Assembly (NCBI RefSeq): GCF_964355755.1
Contig: NC_092672.1
Coordinates: 22,519,237 to 22,583,236 of the forward strand
DNA: 64,000 nucleotides
DNA from: Antedon mediterranea
Lineage: Eukaryota > Animalia > Echinodermata
Reading direction: 5' to 3'
Part shown: positions 47,727-61,666 of the stretch, one piece after another
Layout of the letters: each line of letters begins with the position of its first letter
How positions within the stretch are numbered: the first letter of the stretch is position 1
Program-made: the position numbers and the translations under genes
Notes under the pieces: generated by a model
The model's input: the letters and a program-made list of their open reading frames with translations, nothing else
Database searches by the model: none
Told to the model about the DNA's origin: nothing

Positions 47727-47771
47727 GTATGTTTTTGCTATAGGCCTACAGTATACAGTACAGATAATAAA

Positions 47772-49644
47772 TACTGCAACATTTGGACGCGTAGACTACG
47801 TTTCGTACGCGTGGCCACTTCGTAGGTTTCGCATGGCGTAATCTACGCAAGCTAACATGCTACGCGTAGTCTACACGTAGCCTACGAGGGAGAGCTAGGA
47901 GGGGAAATCCCAATGTTCAGATTATTGTGTACTGTGCTACATGCACCACACGGAATTAGTTAACGAATTTGAATACTAGTTTTCATCAAATTTAAAATGC
48001 GAGTTAATTACTGTGAAGTAATAATAAATGTATTAATATTAGTATTAATTACTGTGTGTTGGTTGTGTTAAAATGGGACATTTATTTTTATGAAAGAAGA
48101 ACAAGTGTAGTACATCTATCACCGATCGGCCAACGTACGGACGGACGGCGGTCGTCGTCTGTTTGTGTGAAATGGCCTCCGGCTAGGCCTAGCTAGCTTG
48201 CTAAAAAGGTAGGGTTACCGGCGTACCTACCGACAGTTTAATTTTAAAATATGTGGTACGCCTATAGTACTTATAGGCCTACTTAGTAGTAGTACTGTAT
48301 GATAATCCATACTGTGTACAAGCGTTAAATACGATGTACATGGCGTGAAAATGTGAAATAATGTGGTATAGCCTAGCTAGGTGACAGAAGGATATTTTCT
48401 CGATACGACAGTTTTCGCCGTGAAGCTGCTGTTTACCCACGTGTGTGTATCGCGCAGTACCACTCTACAGTCTGAACTATGTTTGTTTACTAATACTAGG
48501 CTATAATAATGAACGATGTTTCGTTTTAAAATTGCGTTTAAATGAAATATTACGCTTATTTAGTACTACTGTATGGGATAATATGAATTGTTTAAATACT
48601 GTAAATGTCAAAATAATAGAATACAAATACGATATTATTTTTGTTCCAACGGAAATCGAGACGGATCACTCCATTTGTAATTCATTCGCCCAGTGTGTTT
48701 ATATCCACGTGTTTATGATCCGCGGATGGATACTCTCTCTGAACTGTACTTTTATGTTTTGCTTTTAACCTTCAATTTAGTGAAGTTCAACTTTTATTAA
48801 ATAAAGTCTTGCATATTTCCTAACCCTAAAATTTATTTTTATTTATAACTAAAATAACATTTATTTAAATACTATCTAATTTATTATCGCGCATGACTAA
48901 AAAAAAACCAAAACAACAAGATCAGGCAAGCACATGTTATGCATGGAGGTATTATACCATGTGTTATGTGTCCTCCGATCCTCCTCCTCTCTGCTGATGA
49001 CGATGTTCTGAACAACCTGTAACTTGACCCTCCACCGATCCTCTGCTGCAGGTTGTTACAATAGCTAATAATGGAGTTTGATGTACAGTTACGACAGTTT
49101 CAAACCTGGATATTTTTTGTTCAAATGAAACATACTGAGTACTGTATTAATTACTTATAAAAAATTAACTTCCAATTTTAGGCCTACTACTAATACTATT
49201 GCTATGGAAGGTAGTCATAATAACGGCCCGTCATCAATTCATTTTGTACACTACTGCCTGGCCGGCGATGGTGAATGTACAGCAGTAGCCTAGGCTAGGC
49301 CTAGTTAATTAGACTTTTCGCGTCTAGCCTAGGCTTTGAGCAATTTTAAATGCTATTTTCTTTAGAAAAATTTGAATTTCAAGTATGTTTAATAATGATG
49401 ATGATATTATTGTATTGGCGAAACAATCGTATCATTTCTATTTATTCGAACCTTTCGTAGCCTGCTTAGCCGTCGACGATGTACTTGTACACAGTTGAGT
49501 TTGGGGAATTCCCACACACAGTTGATCACAACGTAGGCTACGAATGCTACGCGTAGCCTACGCACTACGAATGCTACGCCACGCAACCGCTATGCACCCG
49601 CCACACGTAGACTACGTTACCTACGCGTGGCAAATGTTGCAGTA
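47772..49644. mobile_element. Non-autonomous TIR element with CTACG/CGTAG subterminal repeats
   Basis: TACTGCAACATTTG...CAAATGTTGCAGTA with CpG-rich subterminal arrays at both ends. Confidence 0.8.
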
Positions 49645-50399
49645 GTTTTTATCTGTACTGTAGCAATGATTTTCTATTGAAACTTGTTTTAATGATACTT
49701 GTATGATTGATATTATGTCTATTAACAACTTCTTGTGTTTTGTACTACAATTCCAAAGGAAATCAGAGTTTTGTAAATGAATTGTAAGAATTCTAAAGTG
49801 AAATTCAATAGAATACTTGTGTATTGTGCTTCTATATTTAATAAGTGCATAGACCGTGGACAAGTTTTTGTGATATCAAAGTCAGGTACTATTCATTGTG
49901 AATACTATAATAGAAATATACTCTAAAGAGTAGACAGTTGGTGCTATGAATTGATTGAATTCAGACAACTAGATCGTCAGTCCAGTTATTGTGAATTACC
50001 AAATTATTCCAGTTTATAATATGCAATAATAATGTAAGTTTGCAATGTAGATGTGAAGTACAGTAAGAAATACAGGATATTGCTAGTTTTTAGATCAATT
50101 TTATAAATTTGATTTATATTATTTTATAATTTTGATTATTATGAGTTTTAAGGAAGAAGGAAGCTGAAATGTTTGGATACAAGAGATAAAAGTTAGTGTT
50201 TATAATGTTTAAAGATTTAACATTAAATTTACATTTTGTGTTTATTTTTGGTCATGATTGACAGTTGTGTTAAATTCAGACAATGCTAGCTAATAGAAAC
50301 AAGTGTTGTTAATTTTATTTTTGGTCATGATTGACAGTTGTGTTAAATTCAGACAATGCTAGCTAATAGAAACAAGTGTTGTTAATGGCAGCATAGAAA

Positions 50400-50933
50400 A
50401 ACAGAAAGCCTAAAGAGAAAATGATCACCAGTATGTAGATTAACAACAGAAAGCCTAAAGAGAAAATGATCACCAGTATGTAGATTAACAACAGAAAGCC
50501 TAAAGAGAAAATGATCACCAGTATGTAGATTAACAACAGAAAGCCTAAAGAGAAAATGATCACCAGTATGTAGATTAACAACAGAAAGCCTAAAGAGAAA
50601 ATGATCACCAGTATGTAGATTAACAACAGAAAGCCTAAAGAGAAAATGATCACCAGTATGTAGATTAACAACAGAAAGCCTAAAGAGAAAATGATCACCA
50701 GTATGTAGATTAACAACAGAAAGTCTAAAGAGAATGATCACCAGTATGTAGATTAACAACAGAAAGCCTAAAGAGAAAATGATCACCAGTATGTAGATTA
50801 ACAACAGAACGCCTAAAGAGAAAATGATCACTAGTATGTAGATTAACAACAGAAAGCCTAAAGAGAAAATGATCACCAGTATGTAGATTAACAACAGAAA
50901 GCCTAAAGAGAAAATGATCACCAGTATGTAGAT
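50400..50933. repeat. 45-bp minisatellite, ~12 copies
   Basis: AACAGAAAGCCTAAAGAGAAAATGATCACCAGTATGTAGATTAAC unit. Confidence 0.97.
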
Positions 50934-50989
50934 TTAGGAGAACACTTTAATATAGTTTAACTCTATTCCCTTTACATAACATGTTTGAT

Positions 50990-53570
50990 AGCCTGATAAT
51001 TTTAGTAGACTTCTTAGTCAATGTAGAGATGTTATCTTTTAAGCTGCTTGATCGGTTCTGTAGGTCTGTCAATCTTTTAAACATTTAACATGTTAGATCT
51101 GATATCAATTGATTTCTGTAGGTCTGTCAAGTGTCAGTCTTTTAAACAAATAACAGGTTAGATCTGATATCAATTGATTTCTGTAGGTCTGTTAGTCTTT
51201 AAAACATTTCATTTTATTTTCAATTTCATTTAATTTTTACCCATGAATATAAATTATAAACATTGTAACAATACATACAAATTATAATAATTATATCAAG
51301 GGAGGGGCTAAAAATTAGTTAAAACTAATCAAGTTTAGCCCCTAAACATTGAAATATAAATAATTATATAAATAAATTAGGGTTATATCTAGTATACCAA
51401 TTTATTCCTGTAGGTCTGTCAGTCTTTTAAACAGGTAACAGGTTAGATCTAGTATACCAACAGACCTACAGAAATTGGTATACTAGATCTAATGTGTTAA
51501 ATGTTTTATTATTTTTTTCTGTCTAAACTTGCAGTCCTGTAGTTACCATACTGAAAATTTTCCTAAAATGCAAACCATTGTTAATTTTATATAAAATTAT
51601 TCTTGAATTGAATTGAATTGAATTAAATTAAAATACTATTTATTTTTGTTTTGCCTAAAATAGCAATTAAAAAAATTGAGCTTGTTTCCCTCTAGTGCAT
51701 TGTAGTTCATATTAAAGCAAGAAATACTACCCTCACTATTATCAGATCAATTTATTTACAAATTTGTAATTTACAGTGTAAAGTAGTATGGAAGGCTTCA
51801 ATGGGCAGGTTTGAAAATAAACACTGAAATACTGTTTGGAACAGAGTGCAAACCATTTTTGTAAATGTAAAAATGACACAATTGTGGGAAGGGGGTTAAA
51901 GGCCCATTTACACTATAGGGCAATAACAATTTACAATAAAAAGATAAATATGCATTTTTATTTTCAAAAAGAAAAGAATTTAAAAAAGTTTTCATCCTAG
52001 AACTGGATTATCATCTATGCTGCCTCTAATGAAAACAATATTTCCACACGTCCAATCAAATGACGTCATGATTTAATAGTAAGAGCAATAACATCGGGAC
52101 AATACAATAATTTTATTGTTTTTATTGATTATGATGTAATTTGATTAGATTTAAAAAAAATACTTTTTTTATCAGATACAGCATAAATTATTATCCTATA
52201 GTTCTAGAACGAAAACTAATGTATCTATTTATCGTCGATCTTTATCGCCCTAGTGTAAATGGGCCTTAAGAGTATAGGAGGGGCATGTGCTTTCACCCCT
52301 AATTAGGAATGTCAGAGCCTAAAATCTGGGCAGTCTCTAGGCTTTCTTGTTTTTTTTACCTAGTCACCATGCATTTACGAAGCCAATTATAATTTGAAAG
52401 GAAATTCTAAATAATTGACCGAAAAGTATGAGTCAAATGTAAACTTGTCATATTAAACATTTTTTGAACGGCAACCTGATAAGTTTAGTAGACTTCTTAG
52501 TCAGTTTAAAGAATGCATGGCCTACTGTATTTTTTAAGCTGCTTGGTCGGTTCTATAGGTCTGTCAGTCTTTGAAACATTTAACATTTTAGATTTAATAT
52601 ACCAATGTATTCCTGTAAGTCTGTCAGTCTTTTAAACATGTAACAGGTTAGATCTAGTATACCAACAGACCTACAGAAATCAATTGGTATACTAGATCTA
52701 ATGTGTTAATTAAATGTTTTATTATTTTTTCTGTCTTAAATTTCAGTCCTGTAGTTACCATACTGAGAATTTTTCTCAAATGTGTAGTAATTAGATTAAA
52801 ATACTTTTTTTTTGTTGCCTAAAATAGCAATTATTTGCTAATAAAAACTGAGCTGAGCTCTAGTACTTTTTAGGGGTTTCATAGAAATTTAATAACAAAA
52901 TTCTAAAGGAAATTCCACAGAGTATTGTGAATTGTACATCAACAAAAAGAAGTGCATAGACCGTGCAAAAGCTATTGTGACATCATAGCTAAAGTCAATA
53001 AGCATATTATGTGAATCATAGAGATATTATAGTTCACTATAATATCTCTATGTGTGAATGAACACTAAATATGAAAATAGACTGTAAGGAGTGGTAGGCA
53101 GTTGGTGCTACAAATTGGTTGAATTGGTAAAGTCAGTATTATAAGTTATTAAGATTTCAAGTCCAAGTTGAGTCCATAATTTGTAAGTTTGCATTGTAGT
53201 TCATATTAAAGCAAGAAATACTACCCTAACTATTATCAGATCAATTTATTTACAAATTTGTAATTTACAGTGTACAGTAGTATAGAAGGCTGCAATGAGC
53301 AGGTTTGAAAATAAACACTGGAATACTGGATTTGAGTGCAAACAATTTTTGTAAATGTAAAAATTATACAATTGTGGGGAGGTGTTAAGATTATGGGAGG
53401 AATGTCAGAGCCTAAAATTTGGGCAGTCTCTAGGCTTTATTGTTTTTTAACCTAGTCACCATGCATACAGATTTACGAAGCCAATTATAATTTGAAAGCA
53501 AATTCTATATAATTGACCAAAAAGTATGAAATTTAAAATTGTCATAATAAACAATTTTTGAATGGCAACC
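50990..53570. repeat. Mosaic of local duplicated segments
   Basis: Approx. 50990-51690 matches 52475-52860, 51695-51900 matches 53190-53390, and 52305-52478 matches 53398-53570. Confidence 0.8.
51900..52266. mobile_element. PIF/Harbinger (Tourist-like) MITE, TAA TSD
   Basis: TAA|AGGCCCATTTACACTA...TAGTGTAAATGGGCCT|TAA; the empty site is seen in the paralogous segment at ~53385. Confidence 0.9.
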
Positions 53571-55304
53571 GATTTCTCTTTTGTTGGGGCAGCCCACTTT
53601 TATTGCACATATTATGATAAACAATATGATAAAAGTTATATCTATCTATCAATGGATATTTATGTGATACAGTAGTACACATCCTGAGGTTATAAGAGTA
53701 TAGAAAATATTGTGATATTGTGTTAAAATCTAAATATGATAAAACAATTATACAGTGAAAATTTATATTACAGAGCTAAAACGATATAAAGAACATTCAG
53801 TATTATAAATTTAGATTCAATATAATAATAATAATAATAATAATGATAAGATGTTTTGTTTAATTCTTTGATAAAATTGTATAGTTTTAAATTGATAAAG
53901 AAAGACATTTTGAACATAATGCTTTCAAGATTTACATGAATTATATGATAAAATAACAAACTAATATACATTGAAAAACTAAACCCAAACCGAAGTATGG
54001 ACATACGCCCTTGTTGCTAGCCAGGTTTATTAGCTAGCACCAGTTGTGTCTCGGTCATCCCGGACACGAACTTTGAATCCTCTGAATAAAATCAGTACTA
54101 GTAAAATGTTTGGAATAATAGTGCAATTTCCGGACAGATTCCATAATTCCCAAAATTTTTCAGCATTAGCCTGAACCATGTAGGTGGGCTAATTTAAATT
54201 TACCAGTAGATCATTACCAAAACTAGCCCTTGATCCCCACAATGGCTCTCTGTATTAAACTACAAAATGATATCTTAAACCAGTCCATTGACAATGAAAA
54301 GACAAATCGGATAAACTTAAAGACACTATATATAGACCTAGATTGTTTGTAAAAATAAATAATATTACTATACAGACCTATTGCGAAAAAAAAAATTGAT
54401 TCTAATAATTTTAGCGGCCTGTTTTAAATCCCAACATGCATCGCGTGCGGATTGATATTTCATATTGTGAGGTGATGATTGGTCACATGCATCGCGTGCG
54501 GATTGGTATTTCATATTGTGAGGTGATGATTGGTTACATGAAAAGGTAAACAAATAAAAGAACCGTAACTTTTCAGCTAAAATACCTTGTCTTGCTTACA
54601 AAACTAAGCTCAACTAAGCTAGAACTAGAAACGTCTAGAACCTTCGAAGCGAGCTACTTAGGGAGTGCATTAATTTTCTCTTTTATCATAATTAACCATA
54701 AAATGCACATTTAATGTTTTGAAAGTTATATATTATTTTTACAAAACGGCAACAATTGCAGATCTAGTGTCTTTAACCAATATTAGAACTGATGTTGTAA
54801 TTTCTTCAATGAAGTCGTAGATTGTATACCTTCCAAAACTCCTAAGCGTCGGAATCATTTTTTGTTGGGACGTTTTCTGACTTAGTGTATTTATTATTAT
54901 TATCAAGCAAAGTAAGAATGCAGTGGCGCAACCTCCGCATCCCATTTGTAACGATTCGTACAAAGGACACCGCCATACAACCGCCCCTAGGCCTACCTAT
55001 TGTTTAGCTGACAGTCATTAAGCATAAATAAAAGTGTACAAGTCAAAAATGGAACGCCGTGGTTACCTACAGATCATCATCATAGAGGATATGTTAATAA
55101 TAATATAGTACACTTGTAACGCGAAATTTGGTCCGGGGCCAAAACTGGTTCGGTCGGATCAATTTTGGCGTTGAAATAGCCGCTAAAACAGGTCCGGCCT
55201 TCAACATCGCTTATTTATCCATAACAAGCACGAATGTGCAATACTCGGGGTACAGCGAAAGAAGCTGTATACAGACGTATACAGTTAGAAAGTTAAAGAA
55301 AAAT

Positions 55305-55376
55305 AGGTTTCGCCAGGGCTCAAACCGGGACCTTCTGCGTGTTAAGCAGACTTGACAACCACTACACTACGAAACC
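55305..55376 (-). pseudogene. tRNA-Val(AAC)-like gene or pseudogene
   Basis: GGTTTCGTAGTGTAGTGGTT...TTAACAC...GGTTTGAGCCCTGGCGAAACC: paired acceptor stem, AAC anticodon, T-loop TTTGA instead of TTCGA, T-run downstream. Confidence 0.75.
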
Positions 55377-55587
55377 TCTTACATTGAAATTGTGGGTTAC
55401 AGAAAGTTTTTTAATCCATTTAAATTACAAATAAATGGTAATAAGCACAAAGCAAAATAAACATGTGTAAAAGTGATAATTACCGATTACACAAAATAAG
55501 TATTTCAAAAAATAATAATAAGATATACTGTGTATAATTATCATATTGCGTATACAGTACTTTTCACCATAAAGTTTAAAAAAAAAA

Positions 55588-55659
55588 GGTTTAGACCGGG
55601 CTCGAACCAGGTACCTTCTGCGTATTGAGCAAACGTGATAACCACTACGCCAAGAAGCC
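55588..55659 (-). pseudogene. Second, more degenerate tRNA-Val-derived copy
   Basis: GGCTTCTTGGCGTAGTGGTTATCACG...GGTTCGAGCCCGGTCTAAACC followed by a T10 run; mismatched stems. Confidence 0.65.
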
Positions 55660-56292
55660 GCATATAACCATATAACTACATAACGCTGTGGTGTGTGTCA
55701 CACATTGTGGATTCTTAATTAAACAAATTAATTAACAAAAAATTAAAAATCCGGCTCTATAGCTTTGAGGACATGTCCCTGTAGTATGTTCATGCCAAAT
55801 CCCAGCTCAATACTACAACTAATAAGGGAGGAGTAGTACTTTAAAAATCGCACTTTTTACTCAATAGTGTCCAGATGGTGGAGGAGAAAATGAGTAAGTA
55901 CTAGACTCGGGTACCCCGAGTAAAAAAAGTCCAAATGGTTGAACTACACTATCCTTAGAGTAAATCGAAAAGAAATTATCGAAACGGAGAGATTAAAAAT
56001 GTGCAAGAATAAATCGGCGTTCGGTATATAAAATTACTAGAGGGCGCTATTAGTTTTAAACGAACTGAACAATAGAAAATTCCAAAAGCCGATTAGAGTT
56101 TCTTTTTAAATTAGTGTTTCAATAATTTTTGTTGGTTTGAACGGTAATATTTAGTATATTTACTTTAAGCATAGTTTAATAGTAATGGCAATAAGCGCTT
56201 TGTACGAACGAATATTATTATTAAGAGAGAAAAAATATATATAGAAAAGCACAGCACTCAATTGCCATCATATCATTGCTTTCTTCTACAGT

Positions 56293-59200
56293 ATAACAAT
56301 TAATGGTACATGAACTGAGACGTACCACCAGGTGCACAATATAACAATTAATGTTACATGAACTTAGACGTACCACCAGGTGCACAATATAACAATGAAT
56401 GTTACATGAACTGAGACGTACCACCAGGTGCACAATATAACAATTAATGTTATACATGAACTGAGACGTACCACCAGGTGCACAATATAACAATTAATGG
56501 TACATGAACTGAGACGTACCACCAGGTGCACAATATAACAATTAATGTTACATGAACTTAGACGTACCACCAGGTGCACAATATAACAATTAATGTTACA
56601 TGAACTGAGACGTACCACCAGGTGCACAATATAACAATTAATGGTACATGAACTGAGACGTACCACCAGGTGCACAATATAACAATTAATGGTACATGAA
56701 CTGAGACGTACCACCAGGTGCACAATATAACAATTAATGGTACATGAACTGAGACGTACCACCAGGTGCACAATATAACAATTAATATTACATGAACTGA
56801 GACGTACCACCAGGTGCAGAATATAACAATTAATGTTACATGAACTGAGACGTACCACCAGGTGCACAATATAACAATTAATGTTACATGAACTTAGACG
56901 TACCACCAGGTGCACAATATAACAATTAATGTTACATGAACTGAGACGTACCACCAGGTGCACAATATAACAATTAATGGTACATGAACTGAGACGTACC
57001 ACCAGGTGCACAATATAACAATTAATGGTACATGAACTGAGACGTACCACCAGGTGCACAATATAACAATTAATGGTACATGAACTGAGACGTACCACCA
57101 GGTGCACAATATAACAATTAATATTACATGAACTGAGACGTACCACCAGGTGCACAATATAACAATTAATATTACATGAACTGAGACGTACCACCAGGTG
57201 CAGAATATAACAATTAATGTTACATGAACTGAGACGTACCACCAGGTGCACAATATAACAATTAATGTTACATGAACTGAGACGTACCACCAGGTGCACA
57301 ATATAACAATTAATGTTACATGAACTGAGACGTACCACCAGGTGCACAATATAACAATTAATGTTACATGAACTGAGACGTACCACCAGGTGCACAATAT
57401 AACAATTAATGTTACATGAACTGAGACGTACCACCAGCTGTGCACAATATAACAATTAATGTTACATGAACTGAGACGTACCACCAGGTGCACAATATAA
57501 CAATTAATGTTACATGAACTGATACGTACCACCAGGTGCACAATATAACAATTAATGGTACATGAACTGAGACGTACCACCAGGTGCACAATATAACAAT
57601 TAATGTTACATGAACTGAGACGTACCACCAGGTGCACAATATAACAATTAATGTTACATGAACTGAGACGTACCACCAGGTGCACAATATAACAATTAAT
57701 GTTACATGAACTGAGACGTACCACCAGCTGTGCACAATATAACAATTAATGTTACATGAACTGAGACGTACCACCAGGTGCACAATATAACAATTAATGT
57801 TACATGAACTGGGACGTACCACCAGGTGCACAATATAAAAATTAATGTTACATGAACTGAGACGTACCACCAGGTGCACAATATAACAATTAATGTTACA
57901 TGAACTGGGACGTACCACCAGGTGCACAATATAACAATTAATGTTACATGAACTGAGACGTACCACCAGGTGCACAATATAACAATTAATGTTACATGAA
58001 CTGATACGTACCACCAGGTGCACAATATAACAATTAATGTTACATGAACTGAGACGTACCACCAGGTGCACAATATAACAATTAATGTTACATGAACTGA
58101 TACGTACCACCAGGTGCACAATATAACAATTAATGTTACATGAACTGATACGTACCACCAGGTGCACAATATAACAATTAATGTTACATGAACTTAGACG
58201 TACCACCAGGTGCACAATATAACAATAAATGTTACATGAACTGATACGTACCACCAGGTGCACAATATAACAATTAATGGTACATGAACTGAGACGTACC
58301 ACCAGGTGCACAATATAACAATTAATGGTACATGAACTGAGACGTACCACCAGGTGCACAATATAACAATTAATATTACATGAACTGAGACGTACCACCA
58401 GGTGCACAATATAACAATTAATATTACATGAACTGAGACGTACCACCAGGTGCAGAATATAACAATTAATGTTACATGAACTGAGACGTACCACCAGGTG
58501 CACAATATAACAATTAATGTTACATGAACTGAGACGTACCACCAGGTGCACAATATAACAATTAATGTTAAATGAACTGAGACGTACCACCAGGTGCACA
58601 ATATAACAATTAATGTTACATGAACTGAGACGTACCACCAGGTGCACAATATAACAATTAATGTTACATGAACTGAGACGTACCACCAGCTGTGCACAAT
58701 ATAACAATTAATGTTACATGAACTGAGACGTACCACCAGGTGCACAATATAACAATTAATGTTACATGAACTGATACGTACCACCAGGTGCACAATATAA
58801 CAATTAATGGTACATGAACTGAGACGTACCACCAGGTGCACAATATAACAATTAATGTTACATGAACTGAGACGTACCACCAGGTGCACAATATAACAAT
58901 TAATGTTACATGAACTGAGACGTACCACCAGGTGCACAATATAACAATTAATGTTACATGAACTGAGACGTACCACCAGCTGTGCACAATATAACAATTA
59001 ATGTTACATGAACTGAGACGTACCACCAGGTGCACAATATAACAATTAATGTTACATGAACTGGGACGTACCACCAGGTGCACAATATAAAAATTAATGT
59101 TACATGAACTGAGACGTACCACCAGGTGCACAATATAACAATTAATGTTACATGAACTGGGACGTACCACCAGGTGCACAATATAACAATTAATGTTACA

Positions 59201-59997
59201 TGAACTGAGACGTACCACCAGGTGCACAATATAACAATTAATGTTACATGAACTGATACGTACCACCAGGTGCACAATATAACAATTAATGTTACATGAA
59301 CTGAGACGTACCACCAGGTGCACAATATAACAATTAATGTTACATGAACTGATACGTACCACCAGGTGCACAATATAACAATTAATGTTACATGAACTGA
59401 TACGTACCACCAGGTGCACAATATAACAATTAATGTTACATGAACTTAGACGTACCACCAGGTGCACAATATAACAATAAATGTTACATGAACTGATACG
59501 TACCACCAGGTGCACAATATAACAATTAATGTTACATGAACTGAGACGTACTACCAGGTGCACAATATAACAATTAATGTTACATGAACTGAGACGTACC
59601 ACCAGGTGCACAATATAACAATTAATGTCACATGAACTGAGACGTACCACCAGGTGCACAATATAACAATTAATGTTACATGAACTGATACGTACCACCA
59701 GGTGCACAATATAACAATTAATGTTACATGAACTTAGACGTACCACCAGGTGCACAATATAACAATTAATATTACATGAACTGAGACGTACCACCAGGTG
59801 CAGAATATAACAATTAATGTTACATGAACTGAGACGTACCACCAGGTGCACAATATAACAATTAATGTTACATGAACTGAGACGTACCACCAGGTGCACA
59901 ATATAACAATTAATGTTACATGAACTGAGACGTACCACCAGGTGCACAATATAACAATTAATGTTACATGAACTGAGACGTACCACCAGGTGCACAA
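56293..59997. repeat. 48-bp minisatellite, ~77 copies, with higher-order structure
   Basis: ATAACAATTAATGTTACATGAACTGAGACGTACCACCAGGTGCACAAT unit. Confidence 0.98.
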
Positions 59998-61666
59998 TAG
60001 AAATGTATGTTTATACAGAATGTGTTTATAGATTTAAAAAAGTACAATGAATTCCGTGTTTAACAATGAGAAATTATGGTGAAACTAATTAATAAATACT
60101 TGAACCACGAAGGATAGAATACAAGTGATACAAACTAAAATGATAAAACAACAAAATATTATTAATGATTTTGTTGTTGTTGCTTTTATATATTTTTGTA
60201 ACTGCAACGTTGTACTTATGTTTTTAATGATGTTTATGCGATTTTCGTGTTTTATTAACTTATCCCTTTTTTATTTGTTTTAGTTTAGGTTTTTAGCTTG
60301 TAATTTACGGTACCATAATGTGTTAGCATAGCAAAGATGAAGTATTAAAACAAATAGATAAACAAACGCGTTCTACATATGGGTTCACAAGTCAAAAATA
60401 CAATTTTTTTTCAATAATAATATTAATGGGATATAAATACCATTTTTTCAACATTGATATTTCATTGTATATCAACTGTAGCTAATTCAACGTCATATGT
60501 ATTTTTGCCGTCCTGTCTAGCAATAATAAGTTGATTGATTGATGGTGTAAATATGAATAACATGCAGTTTGCATGTATATTCATTAGTCTTATTATTCAT
60601 AACATGTCAAATATAGTTGTAATCATCTCAAACCTACTTATTTAAATAAGGCCTTGTAACAATGGCATTGGAACAAATACACCGTCATTATTCTCAGTAT
60701 TCTATTGATTATTCTGCAATTCTATTCTACATTAAATTGGCTCATGGAGGAAATATACATATCATGGAGGAAATATATGTATATTTCCTCCATGATTGGC
60801 TTAACAACTTCATCTTACGTCATAGTTGTTTGCCGTACCGTGCCTTACATAAATTCATAATTTTTCATTTTTTTTGTGTCAATAAAAAAGACAAGAGTAA
60901 ACAAATAAAGACACAATTAATTTAGATACCAAAACCGGAAACAATACAAACGTGGTGAGATTATTATACATTATTTTTACAAGGGTACGGTAACTCTAAC
61001 AGCTGTACTACAGCAGAAAGCTGACTAGAATGGGCCCTCTTAAAACAATAGGCCTACAAGTTAAAATTCTCAAAGATTAAAATACCTTAATATAGACCAA
61101 ATCTTTTAAATTTATGAAAACTAATGTTTAATTAATATTTATTTGAAACTATAATTAATTCAAAACACTTTTATAAATAAATCTATGAATAAATTCATAT
61201 AATAAATTAATAATTCAATTAATTAATACCAAAAATGAAACATAAATGTATATACATAGATTGATGTCCGAGAACAAATAATCTGTTGTATCACTGAACT
61301 TTAAATATTGAATTAACACACAATGTGTGATGTATTCTCTGAATCATACTTGGCAATCGTAAACTTGATGATTCTTTACCGAGAATAAACAGCATGTATA
61401 CATAGTTTAGTAAATTCAATTATTAGACTTGCCCAAGTCTGTATTTATTGTCTTTTTTATGCTATGTCCAGGCAATCTAACAACAGGATGCCAAAACAAA
61501 AAAACATATGTGCCAAAATATTATCTAATAAATTATTAAGTTGAACCACAGTTTATAGCGTAGACTAAATCATCATTGATCTACCATCATAACATTTAGT
61601 ACGATAAAGAGAAATCATGTATGATCATAGATCATGATCTATTATGCTATAATAATAATCTATTGA

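Noticed and set aside
50363-50921. Hydrophobic multi-TM-looking ORFs
   Set aside because: Translation of a 45-bp minisatellite.
56221-59997. Long Cys-rich ORFs (up to 443 aa)
   Set aside because: Products of a 48-bp (16-codon) tandem repeat, open in two frames and broken by +2 variants; no gene context.
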